Shown here: piece by piece, positions 8,409 to 19,011 of the stretch | Layout: the number at the start of each line of letters is the position of its first letter | How positions within the stretch are numbered: the stretch's first letter is position 1 | Assembly (NCBI GenBank): GCA_965223265.1 | Contig: OZ244999.1 | Span: forward strand, 2,528,001-2,592,000 | Direction of reading: 5' to 3' | DNA from: Planctomycetota bacterium | Lineage (GTDB): Bacteria; Planctomycetota; UBA8108; SXIK01 | DNA length: 64,000 bases | Notes under the pieces: generated by a model | The model's input: the letters and a program-made list of their open reading frames with translations, nothing else | What the model was told of the DNA's origin: nothing | Databases searched by the model: none | Position numbers and translations under genes: made by a program

Positions 8409-10853
8409 GTGACCATGGCGACTACACGCGGGAGCGCTCGTTATATCCGTTTTTTTGATGAGCTGAGTAGTGACGACGTTGCGCTGGTCGGGGGAAAGAA
8501 TGCCTCGCTCGGCGAGCTGTATCGCGAAATGACCGAAGAAGGCGTGCTTGTGCCGAACGGATTCGCTGTGACTTCACACGCTTATGTCGACATACTCGAG
8601 CGTGCGGGGGCGTGGCCGAAACTCCATAAGGCACTCGACGCACTCGACCCTGACGACACCGACGATCTTGTCCGGCGCGGACGAGAGGCCCGAGAGATTG
8701 TTCTGGCAGCCGAGTTTCCCGCGGAACTTCGTCGAGAAATCCGGGCTGCCTACGGCCAGTTGATGGAGGCGATCGGGCCGCAGGCGTCAGTTGCCGTGCG
8801 CAGCTCCGCCACGGCAGAGGATCTCCCGACGGCGAGTTTCGCCGGCCAGCAGGATACGTACCTCAATGTCAGCGGCGAGGCGGCACTCCTCGACGCATGC
8901 CGGAGATGCTTCGCGAGCCTTTTCACTGATCGCGCGATTCACTACCGCATCGATCAAGGTTTTGACCACTTCCAAGTCGCGTTGTCGATCGCCGTGCAGC
9001 AGATGGTCCGCTCTGATCTCGCTGCCAGCGGCGTCATGTTTTCTCTCGATACCGAGTCGGGCTTTCGTGACGTCGTGTTCATCACGAGCGCGTTCGGGCT
9101 CGGCGAGAACGTCGTGCAGGGCAGTGTCGACCCCGATGAGTTCTATGTTCACAAACCCACGTTCCAGAAAGGGCACCGCTGCGTCCTGCGAAGAACTCTT
9201 GGGGAAAAGAAGATCAAGATGATTTACGCGGACGGTCGCACGCGTGAGGCGACGCGCAACATTCCTACCTCGCGTCAGGACCGTGCCCGATTTTCGATCA
9301 GCGACGATGAAGTAATTATGCTCGCCGACTACGCGATTAAGGTCGAGAGGCACTACAGTCGGCGCGCAGGTGTGGATCGGCCGATGGACATGGAGTGGGC
9401 TAAGGACGGGCTGGACGGCAAGCTCTATCTGGTGCAAGCACGGCCGGAAACCGTGGTGTCGCAGTCGCGTGCGGACGTCCTCGAGACCTACGAACTGAGT
9501 GGGAGTGGGACTGTCGTCGCTCGCGGGCGTGCTGTCGGGACGAAAATAGCAACGGGGCCGGTGCGATTGATTCAAAGTGGGGGGCGCCTTGGCGAGCTCA
9601 AAGACGGGGAGGTGTTGGTTGCTGATACGACAACTCCCGACTGGGAGCCGCTGATGAAGACCGCCGCGGCGATCGTGACCAATCGCGGCGGCCGTACTTG
9701 TCACGCTGCGATCGTTGCACGCGAGCTGGGAATTCCGGCCGTGGTGGGGGCCACAAACGCAACGCAAGTCATGCGAAACGGTCAGATCGTGACGGTCTCC
9801 TGCGCCGAGGGCGAGATCGGAAAAGTCTACGACGACAAGTTGCCGTTCGAGATCAAAACGATCGATCTAGGTGGGCACGCGCGTCCCGCCACACATATCA
9901 TGGTCAATCTTGGAAACCCGGAGCTGGCCTTCAAGACGGGCCGCCTGCCAAGTGACGGCGTTGGCCTTGCACGTCTCGAGTTCATTATCAGCGAGTCGAT
10001 CAAAGCACATCCGATGGCTGTCGTTCACCCCGAGCGTGTGGAGGATGCAGCCGAGCGCCAGGCGCTACAGGAGCTAACACAGAATTACGATAGGCCAGCG
10101 GACTTTTTCGTCGAGCGACTGGCGGAAGGTGTCGGCACAATCGCCGCCGCCTTCTATCCCAGGCCCGTCGTGGTCAGGCTCTCTGACTTCAAGACGAATG
10201 AGTACGCCCAGCTTCTCGGCGGTCGGTGGTTTGAACCTGAGGAGAGCAATCCGATGCTCGGGTTTCGTGGTGCGTCACGCTACGCCCATCCAGCGTATGA
10301 GGAAGGGTTTGCCCTTGAGTGCGCCGCGATGCGTCGTGTGCGCGACGTGATGGGGCTCACTAACGTGAAGTTGATGATTCCTTTTTGTCGTCGTGTCGAC
10401 GAGGGCCGGAAGGTTCTTGACGTCATGGCTTCGCATGGGCTGCGACGGGGTGAGAATGGTCTGGAAGTTTTCGTCATGTGCGAGATCCCAAACAACGTCG
10501 TGCAGGTGGATGCTTTTGCTGAGATCTTCGACGGATTCTCCATCGGCTCGAACGACCTCACCCAACTGACGCTAGGTGTGGATCGTGACTCGGAACTCGT
10601 CGCGTTCGATTTCGACGAGCGTGATCCCGGGGTGCTCGATCTGATCAGCCAGGCGATCGCCGGCGCGAAACGAAGTGGGCGTCACTGCGGCATCTGTGGG
10701 CAAGCGCCGTCCGACTACCCTGAAGTAGCAGAGTTCCTCGTCCGGCATGGGATTGACTCGATCAGTCTCAACCCTGACAGCGTGCTAGCGACGTCGATGC
10801 GCATTCTAGAGGTCGAGAAAGAGCTCGGACGTAAACCTCGCAGCGCACCGTGA
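8409..10853 (+). CDS. ppsA: Phosphoenolpyruvate synthase
   Basis: VGGKNASLGE, AVRSSATAEDLPTASFAGQQDTYLN, GGRTCHAAIVARELGIP, MCEIPNN, FSIGSNDLTQLTLGVDRDS, GICGQAPSDYPE. Confidence 0.97.
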   Translation: MTMATTRGSARYIRFFDELSSDDVALVGGKNASLGELYREMTEEGVLVPNGFAVTSHAYVDILERAGAWPKLHKALDALDPDDTDDLVRRGREAREIVLAAEFPAELRREIRAAYGQLMEAIGPQASVAVRSSATAEDLPTASFAGQQDTYLNVSGEAALLDACRRCFASLFTDRAIHYRIDQGFDHFQVALSIAVQQMVRSDLAASGVMFSLDTESGFRDVVFITSAFGLGENVVQGSVDPDEFYVHKPTFQKGHRCVLRRTLGEKKIKMIYADGRTREATRNIPTSRQDRARFSISDDEVIMLADYAIKVERHYSRRAGVDRPMDMEWAKDGLDGKLYLVQARPETVVSQSRADVLETYELSGSGTVVARGRAVGTKIATGPVRLIQSGGRLGELKDGEVLVADTTTPDWEPLMKTAAAIVTNRGGRTCHAAIVARELGIPAVVGATNATQVMRNGQIVTVSCAEGEIGKVYDDKLPFEIKTIDLGGHARPATHIMVNLGNPELAFKTGRLPSDGVGLARLEFIISESIKAHPMAVVHPERVEDAAERQALQELTQNYDRPADFFVERLAEGVGTIAAAFYPRPVVVRLSDFKTNEYAQLLGGRWFEPEESNPMLGFRGASRYAHPAYEEGFALECAAMRRVRDVMGLTNVKLMIPFCRRVDEGRKVLDVMASHGLRRGENGLEVFVMCEIPNNVVQVDAFAEIFDGFSIGSNDLTQLTLGVDRDSELVAFDFDERDPGVLDLISQAIAGAKRSGRHCGICGQAPSDYPEVAEFLVRHGIDSISLNPDSVLATSMRILEVEKELGRKPRSAP

Positions 10854-11079
10854 CGGCTGTACATCGTTGATGCGTTCTCGCGCCTGGCTTGCGCAGGCGA
10901 TTTGTACCTGCGCCCGATCGGGCGCAGAGACGCTGTCCGGAAACGCGTTCGATCGAACCTGCTGCAAAGCTGAACGCTGGATTTTAGGGACAGGCATTCC
11001 TCTTCGTTTCCTCGTCCTTCAGACGTACAATCCATCGCTGGAGAAGGTCGATGACGCGATCAGCCCCGGAGGGTGGCAC

Positions 11080-14000
11080 ATGCCTTTAATTGCACGTTTT
11101 TTCGGCGCAATCTTGACCGTTTGGCTCCTGTTCTGCTCGTCGCTAGTCGGACAGGACTGTAACGGCAACGGCGTCGAGGACCGAGAGGACGTTCGTACTG
11201 GGACGAGCGAGGACTGTAACGGCGACGAAGTTCCCGATGAGTGCGAGTTCGCTCCACTACCTTTCGACGCCAGCGACAGCTTTCATATCCCAGGATCAGT
11301 CGTTGATCTGATCGCACGGGATTTCGACGGCGACTCCGAGCTTGACTTTGCCTTGAGCTACTCCGGCGGTGTGATGATGCATCTAAACCGCGGCGGCGGC
11401 GAATTCGACACTGTCAACCACCCCCTTGCCGGGACGAGTAGCCGCTGGGGTGCGGGTGACCTCGATGCCGACGGCGACGTCGATCTCGTCGCGCTCTTCG
11501 AGGATGGTGTTCGGGTGTTGGTCAATCGCGGCGATGGTCAGTTTGATGCGGGCGAGACGGTAGCGCTCCCGAACCTTCTCGGTATTGACGTCGGTGATCT
11601 CAACGGCGACGGAGCCGACGACATTGTCGTGGCGAACGGCGAGGAGGACCTGATTTCCGTGCTCATGGGGGCGCCCGACGGGGCGCTCTCTCCGAAAGTC
11701 GACTATCAGGTCGGCGACGAGCCGATTGGCGTCGCCCTCGGCGATATCGATGCGGACGGTGACCTTGATGTTGCCGCAGCGAACCAGACAGCGAACACGT
11801 TTAGTCTGTTGATCAACGACGGCGACGGGACCCTTCAGACGGCTGCTACAGTGCAGGTTGGAGGGGTACATCCAGAGTCGATCGGCATGGCTGACATGAA
11901 TGGCGACGGGCGAGCTGACGTCGTCGTGGGCGATGATTTCGTGCGCGTTTTCGTGCAGCAGGGCGACCTTGAGTTCACGCCTTCGCCGCCTTTTTTTGTC
12001 GGCTCGAGGTGGGTTGCCGATCTCGGATTCGGTGACCTTGATGAAGACGGCGACGTCGATGTCATTGCCGGTACGCGGACGCCTGGGGCGACGTACGGTC
12101 TCCTCAACGACGGGCAGGGTGTCCTGCGCTCAGGGACGAGCGTTGGCACCGGCACGGGCGCATTGGGGTCGGCGCATGGCGATTTCGACGGCGACGGAGA
12201 CCCCGACCTGGCGATCGGCGGCCGGCGTGACGACTCCGCGACGATTGAATGGAACAACGACGCGGCCCGAGCACATTTTGTTAAGGTCCTTGTCGAAGAT
12301 ACCGTACCGGTGTTCTTTGAGCCGCATGCTGGAGCACTCGCTGATGTCGACAAAGATGGCGATCTCGACCTACTCTTTGTCGACGGTGGTGCGAGTCTCT
12401 ATCTCATGCCAAACGATGGGCAAGGAACGTTCGCGCCTCGCTCTCCTGAACGTCAGTTTTCCATGCGCGCCAACGCTCTTTTTTCTCTGGTGGTGAAAGA
12501 CCTGAACGGAGACGGCAACCTTGACGCGGCCGCGATGAGTGACGTTCAGTGGCTGGTCCACGTGCTCCATGGCGACGGTCGGGGGGCGTTTGAGTACGAC
12601 ACTGCGTACACGATCGGCGCTGGGAGACCGTTTTTCATGAAGGACGTCGACTTGAACGGCGACGGACTCCCGGAGCTGCTGACAACGAATCAAGGCGACA
12701 ATTCACTCTCGATTCTTCGCAACTTGGGGCCGGACGGATTCGCGGATGCGGAGCTTCTCGATGTTGGCAGTGGGCCGACCTCAATCGCCGGTGCCGATCT
12801 TGATTCTGACGGCGATCAGGACGTGATCATCGCATCATCTCCGCTGATGATTTTCTTCAACGATGGCGAAGGGAATCTCTCGCGACGAGTTGATTTCGAG
12901 GGCGCCGGTGCGGCGTTTGTCGTCACCGATGACATGGACAGCGATGGCGATCTTGACATCATCACTGGCGGGGGATCTCCTTCGGTCGCTCTCTTTGAGA
13001 ACGACGGACGTGGTGGATTCCGTTTTCTCTCCGGCGTCAATACGCAGACCTCCGTCCACTCGCTCGCGACGGGTGATCTGAACGGCGACACGCGCGTGGA
13101 TGTGATTACCTCGAACAGTGTGAACGGCACCATTTCGTTGGTGATCAATCTCGGCGGCGGTGAACTCGAAGTCGTGCGCGAGCTCGTCGTCGGCGAAGGA
13201 ACACGATTCGCTCCGGTCGGTGACATCGACGGCGACAACGATCTAGACATCGTCGCCCTGAACCACGACACGAAGGACTACACGGTCGTCCGGAATCGCT
13301 TTGTCGGGGAAGTTGGAAGGCCATTCCTCGAGGGCGTCTGTACGGAGGGGGATTTCTTCTCGATCTCGGCGCCGTCAACGGTGAGTAGCGAGGTGCGGCG
13401 AGTGACGAAGTATCTCCTGCCGGCCGATCCGAGCGATCCCGAGCTGCTGCCGCCTCTCTTTCACAACGTGCGGCGTTACCCTCTGCACCAACAGTTCCTG
13501 GCGGCCGAGTTTGCGGACCGGTTCGCCGTCGAGTTTTACAGTCAGCTCGTCGGTGATCGCGCCACGCGTAAGTACTTCAGCGGCGCGGTGTTTTTTCTCC
13601 AGACCGAAGAAGGCCGGCGCTATGGGTACAACGTTCTCACGAACTTTGACTCTGACGCGAGCGAGCTGCCAACGTTCGAGGAGGTGCGCGGGGTTCACGA
13701 GCAGATGTTGGAAGCTTTCACTCTCAGACCTCTCTTTTACTTTCCGAATTCGCGCATAACACGCGAGGACGCTGCCACCTGGCCGGACACTAGCTTCGTT
13801 CACTTCGGCGAAGCTGACCCGGAGCTGTCGTTCCAGGCGTACACGCAGGGCGTCGGATTCGGCCGCGTGCGGCTGCACACACGCGCTAGCTTCGACGCCG
13901 CCAACGAGAGCGGGCTCATCAGTTTTCAAGACATCATCGTGCTTGACCACGCTCCCCGCGATATCGAGGGCGTGGTGAGCGGCGTAGTGACGGCGGAGCC

Positions 14001-16467
14001 GCAGAGCGACCTTAGCCACGTTGCTGTGCGGACTGCTCGCCGCGGGACGCCGAACGCGTTCGTTCAGGATGCATTCCAGGCGTTTCAACAGCACGAAGGC
14101 AATCTCGTGCGGTTTGAAGTGACCGCAGCAGACTTCACGATCACGCCGGCGACGAGTGAGGAAGCGGAAGCGTTCTGGGATGAGAATCGTCCTCAGCTGT
14201 CAGTTCTGCCCGGCATCGATCCGGAGTATCAATCGTTCGATCGTTTGACCGAGTTCGACCTGAACAACGACAGCATCGTTCTGGAAAACAGATTCGGCGG
14301 TAAGGCGAGCAACTTCGCTCGCCTGCAGAGCGTCCTCGACGGGCCGATGGCGCAGTACCGAGAGGTTGGATTCGGAATTCCAATGCACTACTACGTGGAA
14401 TTCCTGAACGCTGGGAGAATCCCATCGGCTCGCGATCCAGCCAACGACGTCAGCTATGCCGAGTACATTGCGGAGCTCGAGAATTGGCCAGAGTTCGAGA
14501 GTGATTCACAGCTTCGTTTCTCTGTTCTTGAGAACCTGCGAGACCACATGCGCGAGAACGGAGTCATCGATCCTGAGCTCGTGTCGACGCTCGCCGCACG
14601 CATCGAAGAGGTCTTTGGGTCGCAGCGAACAGTGGTGCGGTTTCGTTCCTCGTCGAATGCTGAAGACGCGCTTGAGTTCAACGGCGCCGGTCTCTATGAC
14701 TCGACTTCCGTGTGTGCGCTGGACGACTTCGATGCGAACAACTCCGGTCCGTCGATCTGTGACCCGACGAAGAACAACGAGCGTACGATTGTGCGGGCAC
14801 TGAAGAAGGTATGGGCGAGCAATTGGAACTTTCGTGCTTATGAAGAACGCGCGTTTTTCGGCATGCCTCAAGACTTGACGGCCATGGGGCTGCTCGTGAG
14901 CCGTGCGTTCCTCGACGAGACGGCGAATGGTGTTGTCTTTACAGGTAACCCAGATCAAGCACTCGACAACAGGTATATCGTCACGGCGCAGGTCGGTGAG
15001 GAGAGCGTCGTCAGTCCCGAACCTGGCGTCGTCGCCGAGAAGAACGTGCTGCGAGTCGAGGAGGGGCGTGTCGTCGAGATCTTTCGCGCTTCGCCATCGA
15101 CCTTGACGGCACCAGGGGAGGTCGTGCTCACCGACGATCAGCTGCGAGAGCTTGGCGCCCTGATCTGGCACATCGATCAGAACTTTTCGATCGACACGGG
15201 TGAGTATTCACGCCGTCAAGTTCTCCTCGACCTTGAGTTCAAGGTCGAGCCGAACGGCGATTTGGCCGTGAAGCAGGTGCGTCCGTTTCTGCGCACGGCC
15301 GAAGCACCGCCGGCTCCTACGTTCGAGCTTCAGATCCCGTCGGGGGCGGCTAGCTGTGGGGTGTTCGTGCATTCGCGTGGCCAGCGGGAAGCACTGTCGC
15401 TGAAGAGCCGGTTGGAGTTCATCGACGGGATCCATCAGCTACCGACAGATGTCGAAAGTTTTACGGGCGAACTCTTTGCCGAGGTTCGGTTCGGCGATGA
15501 GAACGAAATCGCGGTGCCAGACGGTCCCGGTGTCTTTCGCTGGACGGCTTTTTCCGGCGGCGGTACGACGCAGTACAACTTTCGCTTCGAGCAAACGTTT
15601 CGCTTGTCGGATGGTGAACCCCTCACGCTGCGACTACAAGACCTTCAGTTCCGCGGCGAAGGCGAGTTGAGCCTCGACCCTCCGAGGCTCTTTGACGAGG
15701 AGTTTTTGACGAGGAGCTTGAGTCTCGAGGGAGAGCGCGGGCTCACGGTCCGCTACTCGTCGTGCACCTACGAAGTGTTGCCGCTTTGGGAGGTCGGCGT
15801 CACAGCCGCGTCTGGTGAGAGCTTCCGTCTACTGGAACGCTTTGAGCCGGCAGCCGATCCAACCCAAACTGGCCCTGCGAGCTTGGTGTTCGCCGAACTC
15901 GACTTCGGCGGCGGTGTTCAGAGGCAAGTGATCCGCTACTGGGACCTCCTCTACGGCTCTATTCGGCACAACCGCAACGTCAAGTATTGGGTCGTCCTGT
16001 CGCCACCGGTCGCCGTCGACGGACTTGCCGAGAGCGTCCACGTCGTTGAAGTCGTCGCCGAGGAACCAGATCTGGCCATCAAGGCCGAGGTCAACTATCT
16101 CAACGCGAACTTCGCCCAGATCGCGACGCTGAGCGGTCTGACCTTCGAGAAGAGTATCGTCTCCTCGGGCGTCGGCGAGGACGTTCCATTCTCGCGCGGT
16201 GACGTCAACGGAGATGGTCGTGTGCATCTGAGCGATGCCGTCGACTTGGTCAGTCAGCTCTTCCGCGGCACGCCGAACACATCGTGCTGGAAGATCGCCG
16301 ATGCGGATGATGACGGCCTCGTTGATCTCTCGGACGCTGTCGGCATCTTGCTTCATCTCTATGGTGGAGCCGGACCGCTGGCGGCGCCGTTCGGCGCCTG
16401 TGGCGTCGATCCGACGCCCGACAGTGTGCCTTGTCGCGAAGACGCAAATTGCGTGAGCGATGGGTGA
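11080..16467 (+). CDS. Large secreted FG-GAP repeat protein with phospho-His-like and PEP/pyruvate-binding (ATP-grasp) dikinase domains and a C-terminal dockerin-like domain
   Basis: Signal peptide from ATG 11080 (GGAG upstream); DCNGNG..DECE repeats; more than 10 DxDxDGDxD FG-GAP repeats; LSHVAVRTARRGTPN; FGGKASNFARL, RFRSSSNAED..NGAGLYDS, KKVWASNWNFRA, DLEFK..VKQVRP; FSRGDVNGDG tail. Confidence 0.85.
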   Translation: MPLIARFFGAILTVWLLFCSSLVGQDCNGNGVEDREDVRTGTSEDCNGDEVPDECEFAPLPFDASDSFHIPGSVVDLIARDFDGDSELDFALSYSGGVMMHLNRGGGEFDTVNHPLAGTSSRWGAGDLDADGDVDLVALFEDGVRVLVNRGDGQFDAGETVALPNLLGIDVGDLNGDGADDIVVANGEEDLISVLMGAPDGALSPKVDYQVGDEPIGVALGDIDADGDLDVAAANQTANTFSLLINDGDGTLQTAATVQVGGVHPESIGMADMNGDGRADVVVGDDFVRVFVQQGDLEFTPSPPFFVGSRWVADLGFGDLDEDGDVDVIAGTRTPGATYGLLNDGQGVLRSGTSVGTGTGALGSAHGDFDGDGDPDLAIGGRRDDSATIEWNNDAARAHFVKVLVEDTVPVFFEPHAGALADVDKDGDLDLLFVDGGASLYLMPNDGQGTFAPRSPERQFSMRANALFSLVVKDLNGDGNLDAAAMSDVQWLVHVLHGDGRGAFEYDTAYTIGAGRPFFMKDVDLNGDGLPELLTTNQGDNSLSILRNLGPDGFADAELLDVGSGPTSIAGADLDSDGDQDVIIASSPLMIFFNDGEGNLSRRVDFEGAGAAFVVTDDMDSDGDLDIITGGGSPSVALFENDGRGGFRFLSGVNTQTSVHSLATGDLNGDTRVDVITSNSVNGTISLVINLGGGELEVVRELVVGEGTRFAPVGDIDGDNDLDIVALNHDTKDYTVVRNRFVGEVGRPFLEGVCTEGDFFSISAPSTVSSEVRRVTKYLLPADPSDPELLPPLFHNVRRYPLHQQFLAAEFADRFAVEFYSQLVGDRATRKYFSGAVFFLQTEEGRRYGYNVLTNFDSDASELPTFEEVRGVHEQMLEAFTLRPLFYFPNSRITREDAATWPDTSFVHFGEADPELSFQAYTQGVGFGRVRLHTRASFDAANESGLISFQDIIVLDHAPRDIEGVVSGVVTAEPQSDLSHVAVRTARRGTPNAFVQDAFQAFQQHEGNLVRFEVTAADFTITPATSEEAEAFWDENRPQLSVLPGIDPEYQSFDRLTEFDLNNDSIVLENRFGGKASNFARLQSVLDGPMAQYREVGFGIPMHYYVEFLNAGRIPSARDPANDVSYAEYIAELENWPEFESDSQLRFSVLENLRDHMRENGVIDPELVSTLAARIEEVFGSQRTVVRFRSSSNAEDALEFNGAGLYDSTSVCALDDFDANNSGPSICDPTKNNERTIVRALKKVWASNWNFRAYEERAFFGMPQDLTAMGLLVSRAFLDETANGVVFTGNPDQALDNRYIVTAQVGEESVVSPEPGVVAEKNVLRVEEGRVVEIFRASPSTLTAPGEVVLTDDQLRELGALIWHIDQNFSIDTGEYSRRQVLLDLEFKVEPNGDLAVKQVRPFLRTAEAPPAPTFELQIPSGAASCGVFVHSRGQREALSLKSRLEFIDGIHQLPTDVESFTGELFAEVRFGDENEIAVPDGPGVFRWTAFSGGGTTQYNFRFEQTFRLSDGEPLTLRLQDLQFRGEGELSLDPPRLFDEEFLTRSLSLEGERGLTVRYSSCTYEVLPLWEVGVTAASGESFRLLERFEPAADPTQTGPASLVFAELDFGGGVQRQVIRYWDLLYGSIRHNRNVKYWVVLSPPVAVDGLAESVHVVEVVAEEPDLAIKAEVNYLNANFAQIATLSGLTFEKSIVSSGVGEDVPFSRGDVNGDGRVHLSDAVDLVSQLFRGTPNTSCWKIADADDDGLVDLSDAVGILLHLYGGAGPLAAPFGACGVDPTPDSVPCREDANCVSDG

Positions 16468-16501
16468 GATCTTCCCGGCGACCAGCCAACGACGTTGAGA
16501 T

Positions 16502-17845
16502 TTAGTCGACGAGACTCCACCGAATCACGGCGAACTCGGTTTGCCCGGTGAAATCCTTCCACCCGATCTTCTCGCCAGAGTATGTTCCGGTGAGCGTGAG
16601 CATCTCTTCGCCGTCGAGGGTGAGCGTGCGTGCAAAGCCGGCGATCAAACCGTTCGATAGGTAGTAAACCTCGTCTCGCCAGGTCTCGCCGTCGTCGTCG
16701 CTGACTACGGCGCGTGCGCCGCTCATCGGTCGAGGGTAACGGTGATCGTACGCGACGACGACGCGGTTGTCTGTGAGGCCGACGGCCTGTCCATGGCACT
16801 GCCCAACCTCGGTCGTCACCTGCCGCAGGCGTGACCACGTTTGACCGCTGTCATCCGAATGGCTGACAAAGACGTGCTTGTACGGGAACGTGTGGCTATG
16901 ACGTTTTGCTCCGGTGACGACGAGAATGTTCGGAGGATCGGACGGCAGCGTGTGCCGCTGGTACCGGATCACGGCAAGCAGTCTGCCGCTGGGGAGTTCT
17001 GTCAGGTTGATCTCGTGTCCCCATTCACCGATGAGCGTTGGCGCGGCAAAGCTTTTGCCGCCATCGCTCGAGCGGAAGAAGAGAGACTTGCCCTCTTTCC
17101 AGGCGCTCTCTCCAGTCGCCGACTGCTCCCAGTAGATAGCGGTGACCGCAGCGACGACGCTGCCATCGCGGAGGACCTCGATGCAGCCGAGGCGAACATC
17201 GTCTGTTTCGAGCGCCGCACCGATCGTCTGCAAGTGGCGCCAAGATTTGCCGTCGTCTTGCGAAATCGAAAGAGTGATCCTGCCCGGCTCGTTCTTCGCC
17301 TGAACCCAGGCGCCATCGGCGAGGACGCGAAGATCCATGAAGTGTTTTTCAGGCTCGCCGATGTCCTCGATTTCATACGACGTGTGGTTCCACGTTTTGC
17401 CACCGTCGCTCGAGCGCGACAGCACGGAGCATTGCGCCGCGTAGAGCGTCCCATCCAGACCTTTAAAGAAGGAGAGGCGCTGCACGTGACCGCACGGGTC
17501 GAGTGGCAGAGCCGTCTTTTCGGCAGGTGTCGCCGAGATCTTGCTGTCGTGAGATCGCAGGACGTAGTCGCCGGCCTGCATCTCGCGCAACGCTTCGACG
17601 GTCGGGAGAATGCCTCCAAGAGCAACCGTCGACCAGCCGCGGGCGGCATAGTCAGGGGGCGGTGCGACGCTTCGATGTGCTGGCACATCGCCAGCCAATG
17701 TGTGCGCCACACAGACACAGAGGAACGCTGCAGCGATGCAGTCCTGATGCCACCGCCGACACCTGCGAGACGTGCGACCACAACACAAGAAAGATTGAGT
17801 TCGAGGCATCGGTCGACTCATTTCGCTAGCTCCAACTTCGTTCAC
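16502..17845 (-). CDS. Sialidase-family (BNR/Asp-box) secreted protein
   Basis: Asp-boxes SSDGGKTW, SQDDGKSW, SSDGGKSF, SDDSGQTW, SDDDGETW; start uncertain. Confidence 0.8.
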   Translation of the reverse strand: MNEVGASEMSRPMPRTQSFLCCGRTSRRCRRWHQDCIAAAFLCVCVAHTLAGDVPAHRSVAPPPDYAARGWSTVALGGILPTVEALREMQAGDYVLRSHDSKISATPAEKTALPLDPCGHVQRLSFFKGLDGTLYAAQCSVLSRSSDGGKTWNHTSYEIEDIGEPEKHFMDLRVLADGAWVQAKNEPGRITLSISQDDGKSWRHLQTIGAALETDDVRLGCIEVLRDGSVVAAVTAIYWEQSATGESAWKEGKSLFFRSSDGGKSFAAPTLIGEWGHEINLTELPSGRLLAVIRYQRHTLPSDPPNILVVTGAKRHSHTFPYKHVFVSHSDDSGQTWSRLRQVTTEVGQCHGQAVGLTDNRVVVAYDHRYPRPMSGARAVVSDDDGETWRDEVYYLSNGLIAGFARTLTLDGEEMLTLTGTYSGEKIGWKDFTGQTEFAVIRWSLVD

Positions 17846-19011
17846 GAGTCCTGCAGGCGCGCGTTGAGGGCGACCAGCGCGATGCGACTGATGCCAACGT
17901 CTTCCTTATTGATCGAATACGCAATGTAGAGGTGTTCTTTCCAGCTCGTCGACGACGGGTACTGGAACCCATCCAGCTTGTTCAGACCCTTGAAGCGTTT
18001 AGTGGTCGGTTCGCCGCGGACGACGAAGGCTCGATCGAACGTGACTCCGTCGCGACTGAAGGCGATCGTGAGTGGAGTTCGACGGCCAATCGATTTCACC
18101 TCGCCGGCGTTGTGGTTTGGGTTGTTGATGATGTACGCGGTCAGGTCGCTGAGGTTGCCAGCGTGCGTCCGCGCTGTCGCGCAGGGAAAGTTAGTCGGTG
18201 CGGGGCGTGTCCAGCTGCTGCCGCCGTCGCGGCTGATGCTGGCGTACAGAGTGGCTTCGGGCCGCGGCCTTGTTCGCGTCCGAAACAGCATGACAACGGA
18301 GCCGTCGCGGCGCTCAAACCATGTCGGCTCGGGCCAGCCAAAAAGGTCGGCGAAGGGAATCGAGGCATCCTTCCACCCTGAGGTGCCGTCGGGGGAGTCA
18401 GAATAGAGAAGACGCGGCTGACGATGGGGGAACTGGCCATTCATGAGGAGTCGGCCCGACCGCAAGCGTCGTGGGCTCTCGATGAAGAAACCGGCGACGA
18501 GATCCTTCTTCTGCTTCCACGTCGTTCCGTCCCGCGACGACATGGCAACGAGTCGGTCGCGCACGTGCGTTGTGTGATTGTCGACGATCGTGCTGTAGTA
18601 GGCTACGAGCTCGTCTGTGGCGACGTAAAACCCAGCTGCTACGCAGCCGAGTTCGCCGCCGGCCCCATCAGGGTCGGCGGCAAGGACCATGGGCGTCGAC
18701 CAATGATCGCCATCGTCACTGAAAGAAAAGACGACAACCTGGCCGTCGCGATCTTCCTCACGAATCCCGCTCGACCAAGAGGCGTAGAGACGATCGTTGA
18801 AAACGGCGAGGTTGGAATGGTGGCAGAATTTGTAGCCGCTCGGTGAGGCGCGGTAGAGCGTCGTGTGCGTCGCCGGGATCGTTTCTAGACCGAGCGCGCG
18901 GGGGTCGCTCTGATCGAACAGACCCTTCGCAGCCTGGATGGGGGGCGGATCTTCGCGTGGCGTGCCATGAAGCGCCGCGGCACTCCAGGCGATGAGCGCC
19001 AGACAGCGCAT
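17842..19011 (-). CDS. Exo-alpha-sialidase-like BNR repeat protein
   Basis: Signal peptide MRCLALIAWSAAALHG; HHSNLAVF, SDDGDHWS, SRDGTTW, SRDGGSSW, RTPLTIAFSRDG, FQYP; stop overlaps the next start. The longer 19356 start is unlikely. Confidence 0.8.
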   Translation of the reverse strand: MRCLALIAWSAAALHGTPREDPPPIQAAKGLFDQSDPRALGLETIPATHTTLYRASPSGYKFCHHSNLAVFNDRLYASWSSGIREEDRDGQVVVFSFSDDGDHWSTPMVLAADPDGAGGELGCVAAGFYVATDELVAYYSTIVDNHTTHVRDRLVAMSSRDGTTWKQKKDLVAGFFIESPRRLRSGRLLMNGQFPHRQPRLLYSDSPDGTSGWKDASIPFADLFGWPEPTWFERRDGSVVMLFRTRTRPRPEATLYASISRDGGSSWTRPAPTNFPCATARTHAGNLSDLTAYIINNPNHNAGEVKSIGRRTPLTIAFSRDGVTFDRAFVVRGEPTTKRFKGLNKLDGFQYPSSTSWKEHLYIAYSINKEDVGISRIALVALNARLQDS

